NCBI GenBank assembly: GCA_016196125.1
Contig: JACPYG010000005.1
Span: 1 to 62,207 of the forward strand
Reading direction: 5' to 3'
DNA from: Candidatus Staskawiczbacteria bacterium
GTDB lineage: Bacteria > Patescibacteriota > Minisyncoccia > Minisyncoccales > Staskawiczbacteraceae
Length of the DNA: 62,207 nt
The notes under the pieces are model-generated. The model searched no databases and had not been told where the DNA came from. It was given only the letters and a program-made list of their open reading frames with translations. Both the position numbers and the translations under genes were made by a program. Shown piece by piece: positions 27,655 through 37,998 of this stretch; the first letter of the stretch is position 1, and every line of letters starts with the position of its first letter.

Positions 27655-28680
27655 ATGGAAAAAATCAAAATTGCTTTTTTTGAAACAGAGTCATGGGAAA
27701 AAGATTATTTAGAATCCAAACTGAATGGTTTTGATTTGGTGTTTTTTGAAGAAAAAATCAACCCGGATAATTTAGAAAAAATATCAGATGTTAATGTTTT
27801 GTCTCCCTTTTTATATTCCACTATTGATAAAAAAATTATTGATTCTTTAAAATATTTAAAATATATAGCAACGCGCTCGACTGGCTTTGACCATATTGAT
27901 TTGGAAGTTTGCAGGAAAAATAATATTTTAGTTTCTAATGTGCCGACTTACGGCGTAAATACCGTAGCTGAATATACCTTCGCTTTAATTTTAACTTTAT
28001 CAAGAAAAATTTACCATTCTCTTCAAAAAACAAAAATAGGAGATTTTTCTTTGGATGGATTAATGGGTTTTGATTTAAATGGAAAAACTTTAGGCGTAGT
28101 GGGAACCGGAAACATAGGAAGCCGCGTAATAAGAATTGCCAAAGGATTTGGAATGCAAGTTTTGGCTTATGATATTAAAAAAGACCAAAAATTAGCCCAA
28201 AAAATGGGCTTTAAATACGTGACAATGGACAGTTTATTTAAAAATTCAGATATTATAACTCTTCATCTTCCATATAATAAATTAACCCATCATTTAATAA
28301 ATGAAAAAACTCTAAAATTATTTAAAAAGGGGTGTTATTTGATAAACACATCCAGGGGCGGAATCTGCGACACCAATGCCTTGCTGCAGGGCTTAAAAGA
28401 TGAAATTTTTGCCGGACTGGGATTGGATGTTTTAGAAGAAGAACATTCCATAAGAGAAGAAAGGGAGCTTTTGAGTTCTGACTTTAAAAAAAACTATGAC
28501 TTAAAAATAATTCTCCAGAATAATATTTTAATCAATCAGCCAAATGTTATTATTACTCCGCACAACGCTTTTAACAGCAAAGAGGCGCTAATAAGAATTT
28601 TGGACACAACAATTAAAAACATAAAATCTTTCTCAAAAAATAAATTAATTAATTCGGTAAAAAATAATGACACAGTATAA
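27655..28680 (+). CDS. D-isomer-specific 2-hydroxyacid dehydrogenase
   Basis: 'GVVGTGNIGSRVIRIAKGFGMQVLAYD' NAD fold, 'TLHLPY...HLIN', 'INTSRG', 'TPHNAF'. Track start 27607 trimmed to MEKIKIAFF. Confidence 0.85.
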   Translation: MEKIKIAFFETESWEKDYLESKLNGFDLVFFEEKINPDNLEKISDVNVLSPFLYSTIDKKIIDSLKYLKYIATRSTGFDHIDLEVCRKNNILVSNVPTYGVNTVAEYTFALILTLSRKIYHSLQKTKIGDFSLDGLMGFDLNGKTLGVVGTGNIGSRVIRIAKGFGMQVLAYDIKKDQKLAQKMGFKYVTMDSLFKNSDIITLHLPYNKLTHHLINEKTLKLFKKGCYLINTSRGGICDTNALLQGLKDEIFAGLGLDVLEEEHSIREERELLSSDFKKNYDLKIILQNNILINQPNVIITPHNAFNSKEALIRILDTTIKNIKSFSKNKLINSVKNNDTV

Positions 28681-30361
28681 AGATAATAAAATGGATGGCA
28701 ACTTAAGAATCATTCCTCTTGGAGGATGCGAAGAAGTCGGAAGAAATATGACTGTTTTTGAATATGGTCAGGATATTGTAATTTTAGACATGGGTTTGCA
28801 ATTTCCCGAAGAAGATATGCCAGGCATTGATTATGTAATTCCCAACACAGAATATTTAAAAGGCAAAGAAAAAAATATCAGAGCTGTTGTTTTTTCTCAT
28901 GGACATTTAGACCATATCGGAGCGGCTCCCATATTATTAAAAAAACTCGGCAATCCTCCAATCATAGGAAGACCGTTAACAATAGAAATGGTAAAACACA
29001 GGCAAGAAGATTTTGAAAGAAACAGTTCAAAAAAACTGAAAACTACTTATATAAAAGATTTGCAACAAAAAATAAATATAGGGAGTTTTACTTTGAGTTT
29101 TTTCCAGATTGACCACACAATTATGGATGCCGTGGGAGTAATACTGCAAACCCCTGTTGCCACAGCAATACATCCCGGAGATTGGAGTATTGAAAAAAAC
29201 CCTGTCAACAGGGAAGCTATAAAATATTCTCACTTGGCAGAATTAAAAAGACCGACTATTTTAATGTTGGAATCTTTGGGCTCTACTAATTTCAAGAAAC
29301 CGGTAACCGAAGAAGAAATGTTAAATAACCTATATAAGCTGATGAGCCAAGCTCCAGGCAGAACAATTATTGCCACTTTTTCTTCCCAAATACAAAGAAT
29401 AAAACAAATATTGGAATTTGCGGCAAAAACAGGCAGAAAAGTCGTATTAGACGGTTTTTCAATGAAATTAAACATTGAAATTGCCACAAAATTAGGCTAT
29501 GTGAAAATACCAAAAGGAGTTATAATTGCAATAGACAAGGCGCGCGATTATTCGGATAATAAAGTTATCATAGTTTGCACCGGAGCCCAAGGGGAAGAAA
29601 TGGCCGCGCTCTCAAGAATTGTTGCCGGAAATCATAAATTCATAAAACTAAAAAAAGAAGATACTGTAATATTCTCTTCTTCCGTAATTCCCGGAAACGA
29701 AAGAACTGTTCAAAGATTAAAAGATAATCTTTATAGATTATCAGATAATGTATACCATTCGGATATTATTGACGTTCATATTTCCGGGCATAGCAATATA
29801 GAAGGCATAAAACAGATGATTGGCGACATAAAAGCTGATTATTTTGTCCCAGTTTATGGAAACCACTATTTTTTGAAAGAGTCTGCTAAAATTGCTTATG
29901 ATTTAGGATATTCAAAAGATAAAGTTTTTGTGCCAGACAACGGATCTATTATAAAATTTACCGGCATGGGCGCAGAAATATTAAAAGAAAAAGCTCCTTC
30001 AAATTATGTTTTTGTTGACGGACTTGGCGTGGGAGATATTGGAGAAATAGTTTTAAGAGACCGGCAAATGCTGGCCGAAGATGGAATGTTTGTAATAGTT
30101 GCCGTAATAGACAGGCAAACGGGCAAAGTAAAAGGATCGCCTGATATTATTTCACGCGGATTTGTTTATTTAAGAGAGTCAAAAGATTTATTGGCTCAAA
30201 CCCGAAGAAAAGTAATTGAAATTGTAAACAAAACAGCTGGCCACGGAGGAGCGGTAAATTGGATTTATGTTAAAGATGAATTAAGAAATAAAATTGGCGA
30301 CTTTTTACATACTAAAACAGAAAGAAGGCCAATGGTATTGCCGGTTGTAATAGAAGTATAA
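28667..30361 (+). CDS. rnj: ribonuclease J
   Basis: 'LRIIPLGGCEEVGRNM', metallo-beta-lactamase 'FSHGHLDHIGA', beta-CASP 'HISGH'. True start is probably MDGNL at 28691. Confidence 0.9.
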   Translation: MTQYKDNKMDGNLRIIPLGGCEEVGRNMTVFEYGQDIVILDMGLQFPEEDMPGIDYVIPNTEYLKGKEKNIRAVVFSHGHLDHIGAAPILLKKLGNPPIIGRPLTIEMVKHRQEDFERNSSKKLKTTYIKDLQQKINIGSFTLSFFQIDHTIMDAVGVILQTPVATAIHPGDWSIEKNPVNREAIKYSHLAELKRPTILMLESLGSTNFKKPVTEEEMLNNLYKLMSQAPGRTIIATFSSQIQRIKQILEFAAKTGRKVVLDGFSMKLNIEIATKLGYVKIPKGVIIAIDKARDYSDNKVIIVCTGAQGEEMAALSRIVAGNHKFIKLKKEDTVIFSSSVIPGNERTVQRLKDNLYRLSDNVYHSDIIDVHISGHSNIEGIKQMIGDIKADYFVPVYGNHYFLKESAKIAYDLGYSKDKVFVPDNGSIIKFTGMGAEILKEKAPSNYVFVDGLGVGDIGEIVLRDRQMLAEDGMFVIVAVIDRQTGKVKGSPDIISRGFVYLRESKDLLAQTRRKVIEIVNKTAGHGGAVNWIYVKDELRNKIGDFLHTKTERRPMVLPVVIEV

Positions 30362-30365
30362 AGTC

Positions 30366-30443
30366 ATATAACACATAGCATAGAACACATAACAAAATTC
30401 GAATTATCGTTTTTTGTTTCATGTTCTATGTTTCATGTTCCAT
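30366..30443 (+). repeat. leader heptad-repeat hairpin L3 (abuts trpS start codon)
   Basis: acacatagcatagaacacataac - loop - gtttcatgttctatgtttcatgttccATG. Confidence 0.75.
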
Positions 30444-31419
30444 GAGAGTTGTATCTGGCATTCAGCCAAGCGGCCAAATTCATATTGGCAACTATTTAGG
30501 AGCAATAAAACAATGGATATCGCTTCAGGAAAAAAACGAGTGCGTGTTTTTTGTTGCTGATTTGCATTCTTTGACTGTTCCCTACGAACCAAAAGAACTG
30601 CAAAATAAAATCATAGAAAAAGTTATTGCCTACATTGCGGCAGGATTGGACCCGGAAAAATCCATTATTTTTGTGCAATCACAAGTAAAAGAACATACCG
30701 AACTTTGCTGGATGTTAAATACAGTTTGCCCAATTGGAGAATTGGAAAGAATGACGCAATTTAAAGAAAAATCCAAAAAGTTTAAAAATAACATTAATGC
30801 CGGATTATTTAACTATCCAGTTTTGATGGCCGCCGACATCCTTTTATACAAAGCCCATGCCGTGCCAGTCGGCAAAGACCAGGAACAGCATGTGGAACTT
30901 GTGAGATCAATTGCTAAAAAATTTAACCAAAAATTTGGCGAAACTTTTCCGGAGCCAAAATCAATGCTTCCAAAAATAGGGGCTAAAATAATGAGTTTGG
31001 CTGACCCTAAAAAGAAAATGTCAAAATCAGACGACCCAAAAAGCTATATCTCTCTATTTGACGAACCAGAAGATATACAAAAAAAAATAATGTCCTCGCA
31101 AACAGATTCCGGCAAAGATGTAATTTACAACATTACAAAAAAACCGGGGATTTCCAATCTCATTGTAATTTACGGTTTACTGGCAGATAAAACAACAGAA
31201 GAAATTGAAAAACAATTCAAAGGCAAAAATTACAGTGAATTTAAAAAATCTTTGTCAAAAACTGTCATAGAATATTTAGAACCTTTTCGCAGAAAACAAA
31301 AAGAACTTTTATTGCGGGATGTTTATGTAAAAGAGATTTTAAATAAGGGAAAACTAAGGGCGGAAAACATCGCCCAAACAACGATTCAAGAAGCCCGTAA
31401 AAAAATGGGTCTTGAATAA
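30442..31419 (+). CDS. trpS: tryptophan--tRNA ligase
   Basis: 'SGIQPSGQIHIGNYLGA' (HIGH-type) and 'KMSKS'. Track start 30421 (MFYVSCS) lies in the leader repeat. Confidence 0.93.
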   Translation: MRVVSGIQPSGQIHIGNYLGAIKQWISLQEKNECVFFVADLHSLTVPYEPKELQNKIIEKVIAYIAAGLDPEKSIIFVQSQVKEHTELCWMLNTVCPIGELERMTQFKEKSKKFKNNINAGLFNYPVLMAADILLYKAHAVPVGKDQEQHVELVRSIAKKFNQKFGETFPEPKSMLPKIGAKIMSLADPKKKMSKSDDPKSYISLFDEPEDIQKKIMSSQTDSGKDVIYNITKKPGISNLIVIYGLLADKTTEEIEKQFKGKNYSEFKKSLSKTVIEYLEPFRRKQKELLLRDVYVKEILNKGKLRAENIAQTTIQEARKKMGLE

Positions 31420-31478
31420 GTATTGCCTGTTTTCTTAAAATTTGACATGGTTTTTTAATAAAGTAGAATAAGGGGTAT

Positions 31479-31748
31479 ATGATTAATAAAGAAAAAACAG
31501 TCAGTAAAAAAGACATTCGGGAATTATTGAATATTCAAACAACTGTGATTTTGGATGCTGTTGATATAAAGCTAATTAATCTAAAAACTAAAATAGACAA
31601 AAAGTTAGAGGAACTTGATTTAAAATTCAGCCAAAAAATAGATAAGCTAACCACCACTCTTGATAAATTTTTAAAAAGAATGACTGATATTGAAGATGAA
31701 TTTACAATGATGAAAAATGACCTTAACAGAGTTAAAAAAAGTTATTAA
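31479..31748 (+). CDS. hypothetical coiled-coil protein
   Basis: 89-aa charged heptad-like sequence. Confidence 0.4.
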   Translation: MINKEKTVSKKDIRELLNIQTTVILDAVDIKLINLKTKIDKKLEELDLKFSQKIDKLTTTLDKFLKRMTDIEDEFTMMKNDLNRVKKSY

Positions 31749-31789
31749 GGAAAAATTGGGAGTAGAATTATAAATTAACCAGAAAGATA

Positions 31790-31816
31790 AAAAAACAGCT
31801 CACAAGCTGTTTTTTG
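31790..31816. terminator. bidirectional intrinsic terminator
   Basis: aaaaaacagct-caca-agctgtttttt between convergent genes. Confidence 0.75.
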
Positions 31817-31847
31817 TTATATTGATAATCAGATAATGACTTAAAAA

Positions 31848-33185
31848 TTATTTGGCTTCAACAAGAGCTCGAAGCTCTTTTTGTTTTTCTTCCAATAAGT
31901 CTTTTGTATCTGCCTCAATTGTTATCCTTAATAATGGCTCTGTTTCTGAAGATCTTGCATTAAACCACCAATTATTGTGCTCAACTGTTATGCCGTCCAG
32001 ATAATCTTGCTTGGCGTCTTTATATTTTTCTTTTATTTTTTCTATTATTTCTTCTCTATTCATAATTTCAAAATTGATTTCGGAAGACTTGGCATAAGGA
32101 GACAGTTCTTGAACTATTTCTGAAACTTTTTTATGGTCTCTTGAAATTATCTGCAATAAAATCAGAAAAGCCAATACTCCGGAATCTAAATAATAATTAT
32201 CGCGAAAACAGTAATGTCCCGATAATTCTCCGCCCATAACTCCGTTATTTTTTAACAACCCTTCTCTGACATTAACAAAGCCGACTTTAGTTTTAACGGG
32301 TACGCCTCTCCACTTTTTAATAAACTCCGGCACGGCTTTTGAACAAATTGCATTATAAGCTATGGCAGAACCTGGATTTTTTTGCAAAAAATATTTAGCC
32401 AATAGCAAAAGAGTGACATCGGCGCGAACCAACCACCCATTTTCATCCACTAAAAAAATTCTATCCGCATCTCCGTCAAAAATAAATCCAAAATCCGCAC
32501 TCTCCTTTTCTATTTCTGCTTTAATTTGGTCTGTTGACCCGGGCAACAAAGGATTTGGGCTGTGATTTGGAAAATCGCCATCTGGTTCATAATTTAAAAG
32601 GAATATTTTAACAGGCAACTTATCGCCGATTTTTGCGACAGCCAGCCCGCCAACACCGTTAGAAGCATCTATGGCTATCTTAAAATGTTTTATTTCATTT
32701 AAATTAGCAAAAGAAAGAATATGCTTTTCATAGTCCTGCCATATGTCTTTTCGCGCTATGGAGCCCTTGGCAATATTATCGTTAAAATTTCCGTCTTGGA
32801 TCGCAGAAAGCAAGTCTTTTCCTCTGATTATCTCCATATCATTGCCATTTTTTTTAAGCATTTTAAAACCGTTGTATTCTTTTGGATTATGGCTGGCCGT
32901 TATCATAATGCCCGCATTAAATCCACTGCTTCCTAAGCCAAAATAAAGGCATTCTGTGGGGACTTGACCTAAGTTATAAACATTAGCGCCCTCTGTTGTA
33001 ATGCCTTTTACAAGACTATCAAACAACGCCGGTGAAGAAATACGGGCATCTTGCCCTATAATTACCGACTTGGCTCCTGTATATTTAACAAAACTTCTGC
33101 CTATTTTATAAGCAGTCTCTTCATTTAACTGGTTAGGATAAATCCCTCTTATATCGTAGGATTTAAAAATTGTTGGATCAATCAT
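31848..33185 (-). CDS. phosphomannomutase/phosphoglucomutase (alpha-D-phosphohexomutase)
   Basis: 'TASHNPKEYNGFK' active-site serine loop, 'FDGDADR' metal loop, 'GGELSGH'. Confidence 0.9.
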   Translation of the reverse strand: MIDPTIFKSYDIRGIYPNQLNEETAYKIGRSFVKYTGAKSVIIGQDARISSPALFDSLVKGITTEGANVYNLGQVPTECLYFGLGSSGFNAGIMITASHNPKEYNGFKMLKKNGNDMEIIRGKDLLSAIQDGNFNDNIAKGSIARKDIWQDYEKHILSFANLNEIKHFKIAIDASNGVGGLAVAKIGDKLPVKIFLLNYEPDGDFPNHSPNPLLPGSTDQIKAEIEKESADFGFIFDGDADRIFLVDENGWLVRADVTLLLLAKYFLQKNPGSAIAYNAICSKAVPEFIKKWRGVPVKTKVGFVNVREGLLKNNGVMGGELSGHYCFRDNYYLDSGVLAFLILLQIISRDHKKVSEIVQELSPYAKSSEINFEIMNREEIIEKIKEKYKDAKQDYLDGITVEHNNWWFNARSSETEPLLRITIEADTKDLLEEKQKELRALVEAK

Positions 33186-33249
33186 ATATCTATTGCAATT
33201 TATTTAAAATCATTATAGCATTATAACATAATTAGCGACAAATAATATC

Positions 33250-33708
33250 ATGAAACCATACGAATTAACCTATATAATATCTTCGGAGATAACAGCCAGA
33301 GAAGCCGAAGAAAAAGCAAAGAGCATTGAATCGCTTATTCAAGATAAAAATGGAATAGTTTTGAGGTCTGAGAAACCGTCTGCCAGGACTTTAGCCTATA
33401 ATATAAAAAAACAATCTTCTGGATTTTTTGGTGTTTTAGAATTTCAATTAGAACCGGAATATCTTGGAGAGTTAAATGAAAAAATCCAGAAAGACAATAA
33501 AATTATCCGCCATATGGTTTTGATAAATAATCCTGCGAAAATACAAAAAGAAAGAAGAATAAAAAAGAAACCGCTAATATCAAATGAAGCAGGCGGCATT
33601 ATCGGAACAATAGAAAAAGATTTGTCTCCGAAGACGGTAAAAAAGACAAATAAAAAGGTCGAGTTAGAAGAGATTGAAAAGGAATTAGACGAAATTCTAA
33701 GCGAATAA
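33250..33708 (+). CDS. rpsF: 30S ribosomal protein S6 with C-terminal extension
   Basis: 'MKPYELTYII...' S6 N-terminus and the conserved rpsF-ssb-rpsR order. Confidence 0.85.
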   Translation: MKPYELTYIISSEITAREAEEKAKSIESLIQDKNGIVLRSEKPSARTLAYNIKKQSSGFFGVLEFQLEPEYLGELNEKIQKDNKIIRHMVLINNPAKIQKERRIKKKPLISNEAGGIIGTIEKDLSPKTVKKTNKKVELEEIEKELDEILSE

Positions 33709-33717
33709 AAAATACGT

Positions 33718-34227
33718 ATGAATTTGAATAAAGCGTTTATTTTAGGAAATGTTACTCGCGACCCCGAAGTTCGCGCATTGCCTTCTGGGCAATCTGTGAC
33801 TAACTTTGGAGTAGCCACAAACAGATTTTATACCGACGCTTCAGGCCAAAAGAAACAAGAAGCAGAATTTCATAATGTTGTTTGTTTTGGAAAATTAGCC
33901 GATATAAGTTCAAGATATTTAAATAAAGGGTCATTAGTTTTAATAGAAGGCAGAATAAAAACACGGTCTTGGCAAAATGCCCAGGGATTAAAGCAATATA
34001 AAACAGAAATAGTTGCCGATGGACTTCAATTAGCGCCGAGATCAATGGGAGGAGCCATGGCAAGGCCACAAGATCAAGGGCAAAATAATTCACCAGCTGG
34101 CGGAGATATACCAATAATTGAAGAAAACTATACTCCGATCCCATCTAATGACAATGCAGAAGAGCCAAAAAGTTCTTCTCAAGGGGATAATTCTGATGAA
34201 ATCGACGTAAAAGATATTCCGTTCTAA
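33718..34227 (+). CDS. ssb: single-stranded DNA-binding protein
   Basis: 'MNLNKAFILGNVTRDPEVR...G..V.NF.VATNR', acidic tail ending DIPF. Confidence 0.93.
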   Translation: MNLNKAFILGNVTRDPEVRALPSGQSVTNFGVATNRFYTDASGQKKQEAEFHNVVCFGKLADISSRYLNKGSLVLIEGRIKTRSWQNAQGLKQYKTEIVADGLQLAPRSMGGAMARPQDQGQNNSPAGGDIPIIEENYTPIPSNDNAEEPKSSSQGDNSDEIDVKDIPF

Positions 34228-34229
34228 GC

Positions 34230-34361
34230 GCGGAAATAAGGATATTTTTCAATTCGGGCTCGGGTCGCGAGAACTTCCCGCTGTGCGGGAGCTCCCGACC
34301 TAGGCCGTGGGTTTGCCTGCCTGCAGGCAGGGCAGGTGTTGAAAAATATCCTTATTTCCGC
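34230..34361. mobile_element. MITE-like element: 23-bp perfect terminal inverted repeats around a GC-rich palindromic core
   Basis: gcggaaataaggatatttttcaa (34230-34252) / ttgaaaaatatccttatttccgc (34339-34361). The core holds the perfect 16-nt palindrome cctgcctgcaggcagg. Confidence 0.75.
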
Positions 34362-34374
34362 ATAAAATTAAAAT

Positions 34375-34572
34375 ATGTTTTGCTATTTTTGCCAAAAAAA
34401 TATTGACGAGGTAGATTACAAAAACACAGAATTACTGTCGCGTTTTGTATCTAGTTTTTATAAAATAAAGCCAAGAAAAAAGACCGGTCTCTGCATGCAT
34501 CACCAAAAAAAAGTAGCTACTGCAATCAAAAGAGCCCGCCAAATAGGAATTTTACCCTACGCTCCCAAATAA
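34375..34572 (+). CDS. rpsR: 30S ribosomal protein S18
   Basis: 'CYFC....IDYKN..LL.RF......I.PRK.TG.C..HQ..V..AIKRAR..G.LPY'. Confidence 0.92.
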   Translation: MFCYFCQKNIDEVDYKNTELLSRFVSSFYKIKPRKKTGLCMHHQKKVATAIKRARQIGILPYAPK

Positions 34573-34573
34573 A

Positions 34574-34606
34574 AAAACAGTCCTAAGTTAAAGGGCTGTT
34601 TTTTGT
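34574..34606. terminator. intrinsic terminator between rpsR and recA (convergent)
   Basis: aaaaaaacagtcc-(loop)-ggctgtttttt. Confidence 0.65.
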
Positions 34607-34612
34607 TTCAAA

Positions 34613-35623
34613 TTATTTCTGCTCCATTGCCAACTTTCTTATTTGTTTTGCCACTTCCGGATTTTCTTTTAAAAATAACTTTACGGCTTCTGTGCCTTGT
34701 CCTATCTTCTGACCATCAAAACTGAAAAAGCTTCCTGATTGTTTTATTGCGCCGCATTGCAATCCTGCGCGAAAGATATCTCCTGTTTTGGAAATTCCTT
34801 CGTTATAATAAATATCAAATTCGGCAGCGCGAAACGGAGCGGCCACTTTATTCTTTACGATCTTGGCTTTCACGCGATTGCCTATAATCTCATCCCCCGA
34901 TTTTATTTGGGCTGTTCTGGTTAAATTAATTCTTACAGAAGCATAAAATTTTAAAGCTAATCCGCCGGGAGTGGTTTCGGGATTTCCAAACACCATTCCA
35001 ATTTTCATTCTGGTTTGATTCAAAAATATAACCATCGTATTTGTTTTTGATACTATACTGGAAAGCTTGCGGCATGCTTGCGACATCAAGCGAGCCTGAA
35101 GCCCCATATGCTGGTCTCCAATTTCTCCTTCTATTTCAACTCTTGGAGTTAAAGCGGCCACGGAGTCTATGACAATAACATCAACTTTTTCTGATTTAAC
35201 CAATGTTTCAACAATTTGCAATGCTTGTTCGCCGGAATCCGGCTGGGAAATTAAAAGGTCGTCAATATTAACCCCGATTCTTCTTGCATAATCCGGGTCC
35301 ATAGCATGCTCTGCGTCAATAAAAGCGCCCACACCCCCTTTTTTCTGGGCTTCGGCCAATACATGCAATGATAATGTGGTTTTACCGGAAGATTCTGTGC
35401 CATATATTTCTATTATCCTGCCTCTAGGCATTCCCCCAACTCCCAAGGCCAAATCCATTGCAATAGACCCTGTGGGAATGACATCGACATCAACAGCCGA
35501 AACATCGCGAAGATTCATAATGGCTCCCTCTCCAAAACGTTCTTTTATTTCATTGACCACATTTTCTATATCCTTGTTTTGCTTTTCTTTTTCTCCTTCC
35601 TCTTTTTTTGTTTTTACCATCAT
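34613..35623 (-). CDS. recA: recombinase RecA
   Basis: '[17 protein letters not shown]' Walker A, 'FIDAEHA', '[10 protein letters not shown]'. The track start 35782 would overlap the ftsK 3' end, so M54 is used. Confidence 0.93.
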   Translation of the reverse strand: MMVKTKKEEGEKEKQNKDIENVVNEIKERFGEGAIMNLRDVSAVDVDVIPTGSIAMDLALGVGGMPRGRIIEIYGTESSGKTTLSLHVLAEAQKKGGVGAFIDAEHAMDPDYARRIGVNIDDLLISQPDSGEQALQIVETLVKSEKVDVIVIDSVAALTPRVEIEGEIGDQHMGLQARLMSQACRKLSSIVSKTNTMVIFLNQTRMKIGMVFGNPETTPGGLALKFYASVRINLTRTAQIKSGDEIIGNRVKAKIVKNKVAAPFRAAEFDIYYNEGISKTGDIFRAGLQCGAIKQSGSFFSFDGQKIGQGTEAVKLFLKENPEVAKQIRKLAMEQK

Positions 35624-35637
35624 ATTATTTTTTTTAC

Positions 35638-35660
35638 CCTGCCTACCGGCAGGCAGGTTT
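35638..35660. repeat. GC-rich palindrome ccctgcctaccggcaggcagg (LPAGRQ family), intergenic copy
   Basis: Same word as 17818-17840 (inside uvrA), 37858-37875 (inside ftsK) and 34317-34332. Confidence 0.75.
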
Positions 35661-37910
35661 TTAAACTTTTTGCCATTCAGAGCCACCCTTTTCTTCCGAC
35701 TCATCAAGTCCGCTCGGCTCATTGCCGGGGCCAAATTGAATATCTGCTTTGCTTGCAAAAACATCTCTTGGTTTTGCCCCATCTGCCGGCCCTACAATTC
35801 CTTTTTCTTCTAACATATCAATTAATCTGGCCGCTCTTGAATAGCCAATTCTCAACCTCCGCTGCAGAAATGAAGCTGATGCTTTTTTGGTTTCCAAAAC
35901 TATGCGCTTTACATCTTCAAACAACGGGTCATCGTCTCCGCTAAAATATACTTCTCCCTCTTTGGGCTCTGATTGTTCTAGGCTTTCTTTTAAGCTTTGG
36001 GAAATAACAGATTGAGAGTCATCTATTTTTTTACCCTGCTCTGCAACAAAGTCAGCTACCTTTTTAACTTCTTTTTCTGAAATATACGGCCCTTGGATTC
36101 TTGTAATTTTAGAAGATTTAGCCGACATAAACAACATATCTCCGGCGCCTAATAGCTTTTCGGCGCCAGCCGTATCCAAAACTGTTCTTGAGTCAACTTG
36201 CGAAGCAACCTGAAAGGTAACTCTCGAAGTAATATTGGCCTTAATTAAGCCCGTAATAACTTCTACAGACGGCCTCTGGGTTGCCAGCACCAAATGTATG
36301 CCGGTGGCTCTTGCCATCTGGGCCAATCTTACAATTCCAGCTTCCAATTCTCTTCCTTTAGCGGCCATTAAATCTGCCAATTCATCAATAATTAAAACAA
36401 TATATGGCAACTGCATTTTTGACGCGATAACAGATTTATTCTGGTTGTAAGCTAAAATATTTCTGGTTGGAATTTCAGAAAAAACTTCAAACCTTCTTTC
36501 CATTTCTTTTATTAACCACTGCAAAGCGTTCATTGTTTTTGTTGCGTCATAAATCACAGGGCACAATAAATGAGGCATATCATTGTAATTTTGAAACTCC
36601 ACCCTTTTTGGGTCAACCATAATCATTCTTAAATTATCGGGGGTTGATTTGTATAAAAGACTTAAAATCAAACTGTTCAAAAATATTGTTTTTCCTGTTC
36701 CTGTGGAACCTGCAACCAGCATATGGGGCATTTCTGTCAAATCGGCGTAAACCGGAGAACCGGAAACATTTCTTCCCAAAGAAATAAGCAATGGAGTTAA
36801 GGCATTTTGGTAATTTTGGTGGGAAATTAAATTTCTCAAAGCGACAGTTGACCTCACTTTATTCGGAACTTCAATGCCTACTAATGATTTGCCCGGTATG
36901 GGAGCCTCAATTCTGATTGGGTGGGCAGCCAGCGCCAGAGCCAAATTATTGGATAATGTCGTGATTTTTGATAATTTTACGCCTTCTGCGGGTTTGAATG
37001 CATATTGAGTTACCGTAGGCCCCACATTTACTTCTGCCATTTCGACCGGTATTCCAAAATTTTCCAGAGTTTTTTTAATTATCATTGAACTCTCTTTTAT
37101 GTTTCCCGAAGTTGGAGGAAGCTCATTTTTAGAAAGTAAATCCAATGGAGGCAGTATAAAGTCGCCCTTTGAGACCGCTATTCTTTTTCTTGTGGTTTCT
37201 TCGTCTTCTGAAGTTTTAACTAATATGGGCCTTTTTTTAAATAAAGATATTCCGGGCGACAGGGACGGAGATGTTTCAGATTTTTCATCCTCTGTGCCTT
37301 TTATTTTAAAAGAAGTCCCTTCTTGCCTACTCATTATTTGCGACATAAAAGACGGCCGCTTTTCTTCTCCGCCAGCCGGCGGATAATTTTCTTTAGGTAA
37401 TTCATTCCTGATAAACTGTAAAAATATAAAGAAACCTATTAAAATAATAGCCCCAAATATGATATTGGCCGCCAGAAGCCCAAAACCCGAAACAAGTAAT
37501 TTTGCCATTAAAAACCCTGTCCATCCTCCCTGCATTTTAGTTAAATCTTGGCTGGCTAAAATGCCGGAAATACCCAAAAGAGTAACAGCAATGGCCAAAA
37601 ACATTGCCAATGTTTTTCCCTTTTTTCTTGACCTTAAAAATATTAATCCTCCCAAAAAGAAAAACAAGGGAAGAGTATAAATAACTTGCCCTATTAAAAA
37701 TTTTGAAACATTTATAAAAATTTTGCCGGTTGTTCCGGCTTTATCCCAAAAAGAAAGGCTGATAATCATCGCAACCAAAAACATTAAAATCGCTTTAATC
37801 CACCTTTTTGTCCAAGAAGATAAAACAGGATTAACCTTCTTCTCTTTTGTTTTAGCTTGCTTGCCGGCAGGCAGGAATTTTTCCTTTTTTGAGTTGTTGT
37901 TTTTGGCCAT
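35661..37910 (-). CDS. ftsK: DNA translocase FtsK/SpoIIIE
   Basis: N-terminal TM block, '[10 protein letters not shown]' Walker A, '[10 protein letters not shown]', C-terminal winged-helix '[22 protein letters not shown]'. Confidence 0.93.
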   Translation of the reverse strand: MAKNNNSKKEKFLPAGKQAKTKEKKVNPVLSSWTKRWIKAILMFLVAMIISLSFWDKAGTTGKIFINVSKFLIGQVIYTLPLFFFLGGLIFLRSRKKGKTLAMFLAIAVTLLGISGILASQDLTKMQGGWTGFLMAKLLVSGFGLLAANIIFGAIILIGFFIFLQFIRNELPKENYPPAGGEEKRPSFMSQIMSRQEGTSFKIKGTEDEKSETSPSLSPGISLFKKRPILVKTSEDEETTRKRIAVSKGDFILPPLDLLSKNELPPTSGNIKESSMIIKKTLENFGIPVEMAEVNVGPTVTQYAFKPAEGVKLSKITTLSNNLALALAAHPIRIEAPIPGKSLVGIEVPNKVRSTVALRNLISHQNYQNALTPLLISLGRNVSGSPVYADLTEMPHMLVAGSTGTGKTIFLNSLILSLLYKSTPDNLRMIMVDPKRVEFQNYNDMPHLLCPVIYDATKTMNALQWLIKEMERRFEVFSEIPTRNILAYNQNKSVIASKMQLPYIVLIIDELADLMAAKGRELEAGIVRLAQMARATGIHLVLATQRPSVEVITGLIKANITSRVTFQVASQVDSRTVLDTAGAEKLLGAGDMLFMSAKSSKITRIQGPYISEKEVKKVADFVAEQGKKIDDSQSVISQSLKESLEQSEPKEGEVYFSGDDDPLFEDVKRIVLETKKASASFLQRRLRIGYSRAARLIDMLEEKGIVGPADGAKPRDVFASKADIQFGPGNEPSGLDESEEKGGSEWQKV

Positions 37911-37965
37911 TTTTAAATCTATATTCTGTCATTATATCCGCTTCTTTTTATTTATTCAAGGTACA

Positions 37966-37992
37966 AAAAACACCCTTTTGAGAGGGTGTTTT
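37966..37992 (-). terminator. intrinsic terminator after rpoC
   Basis: Minus strand gaaaacaccct-ctcaaa-agggtgtttttt. Confidence 0.75.
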
Positions 37993-37998
37993 CTATTT

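Noticed and set aside
35624-35782. Long N-terminal extension of recA (MGQNQEMF...[11 protein letters not shown]).
   Set aside because: It would overlap the 3' end of ftsK and contains the intergenic GC-rich palindrome. The canonical RecA sequence starts at the downstream Met pair.
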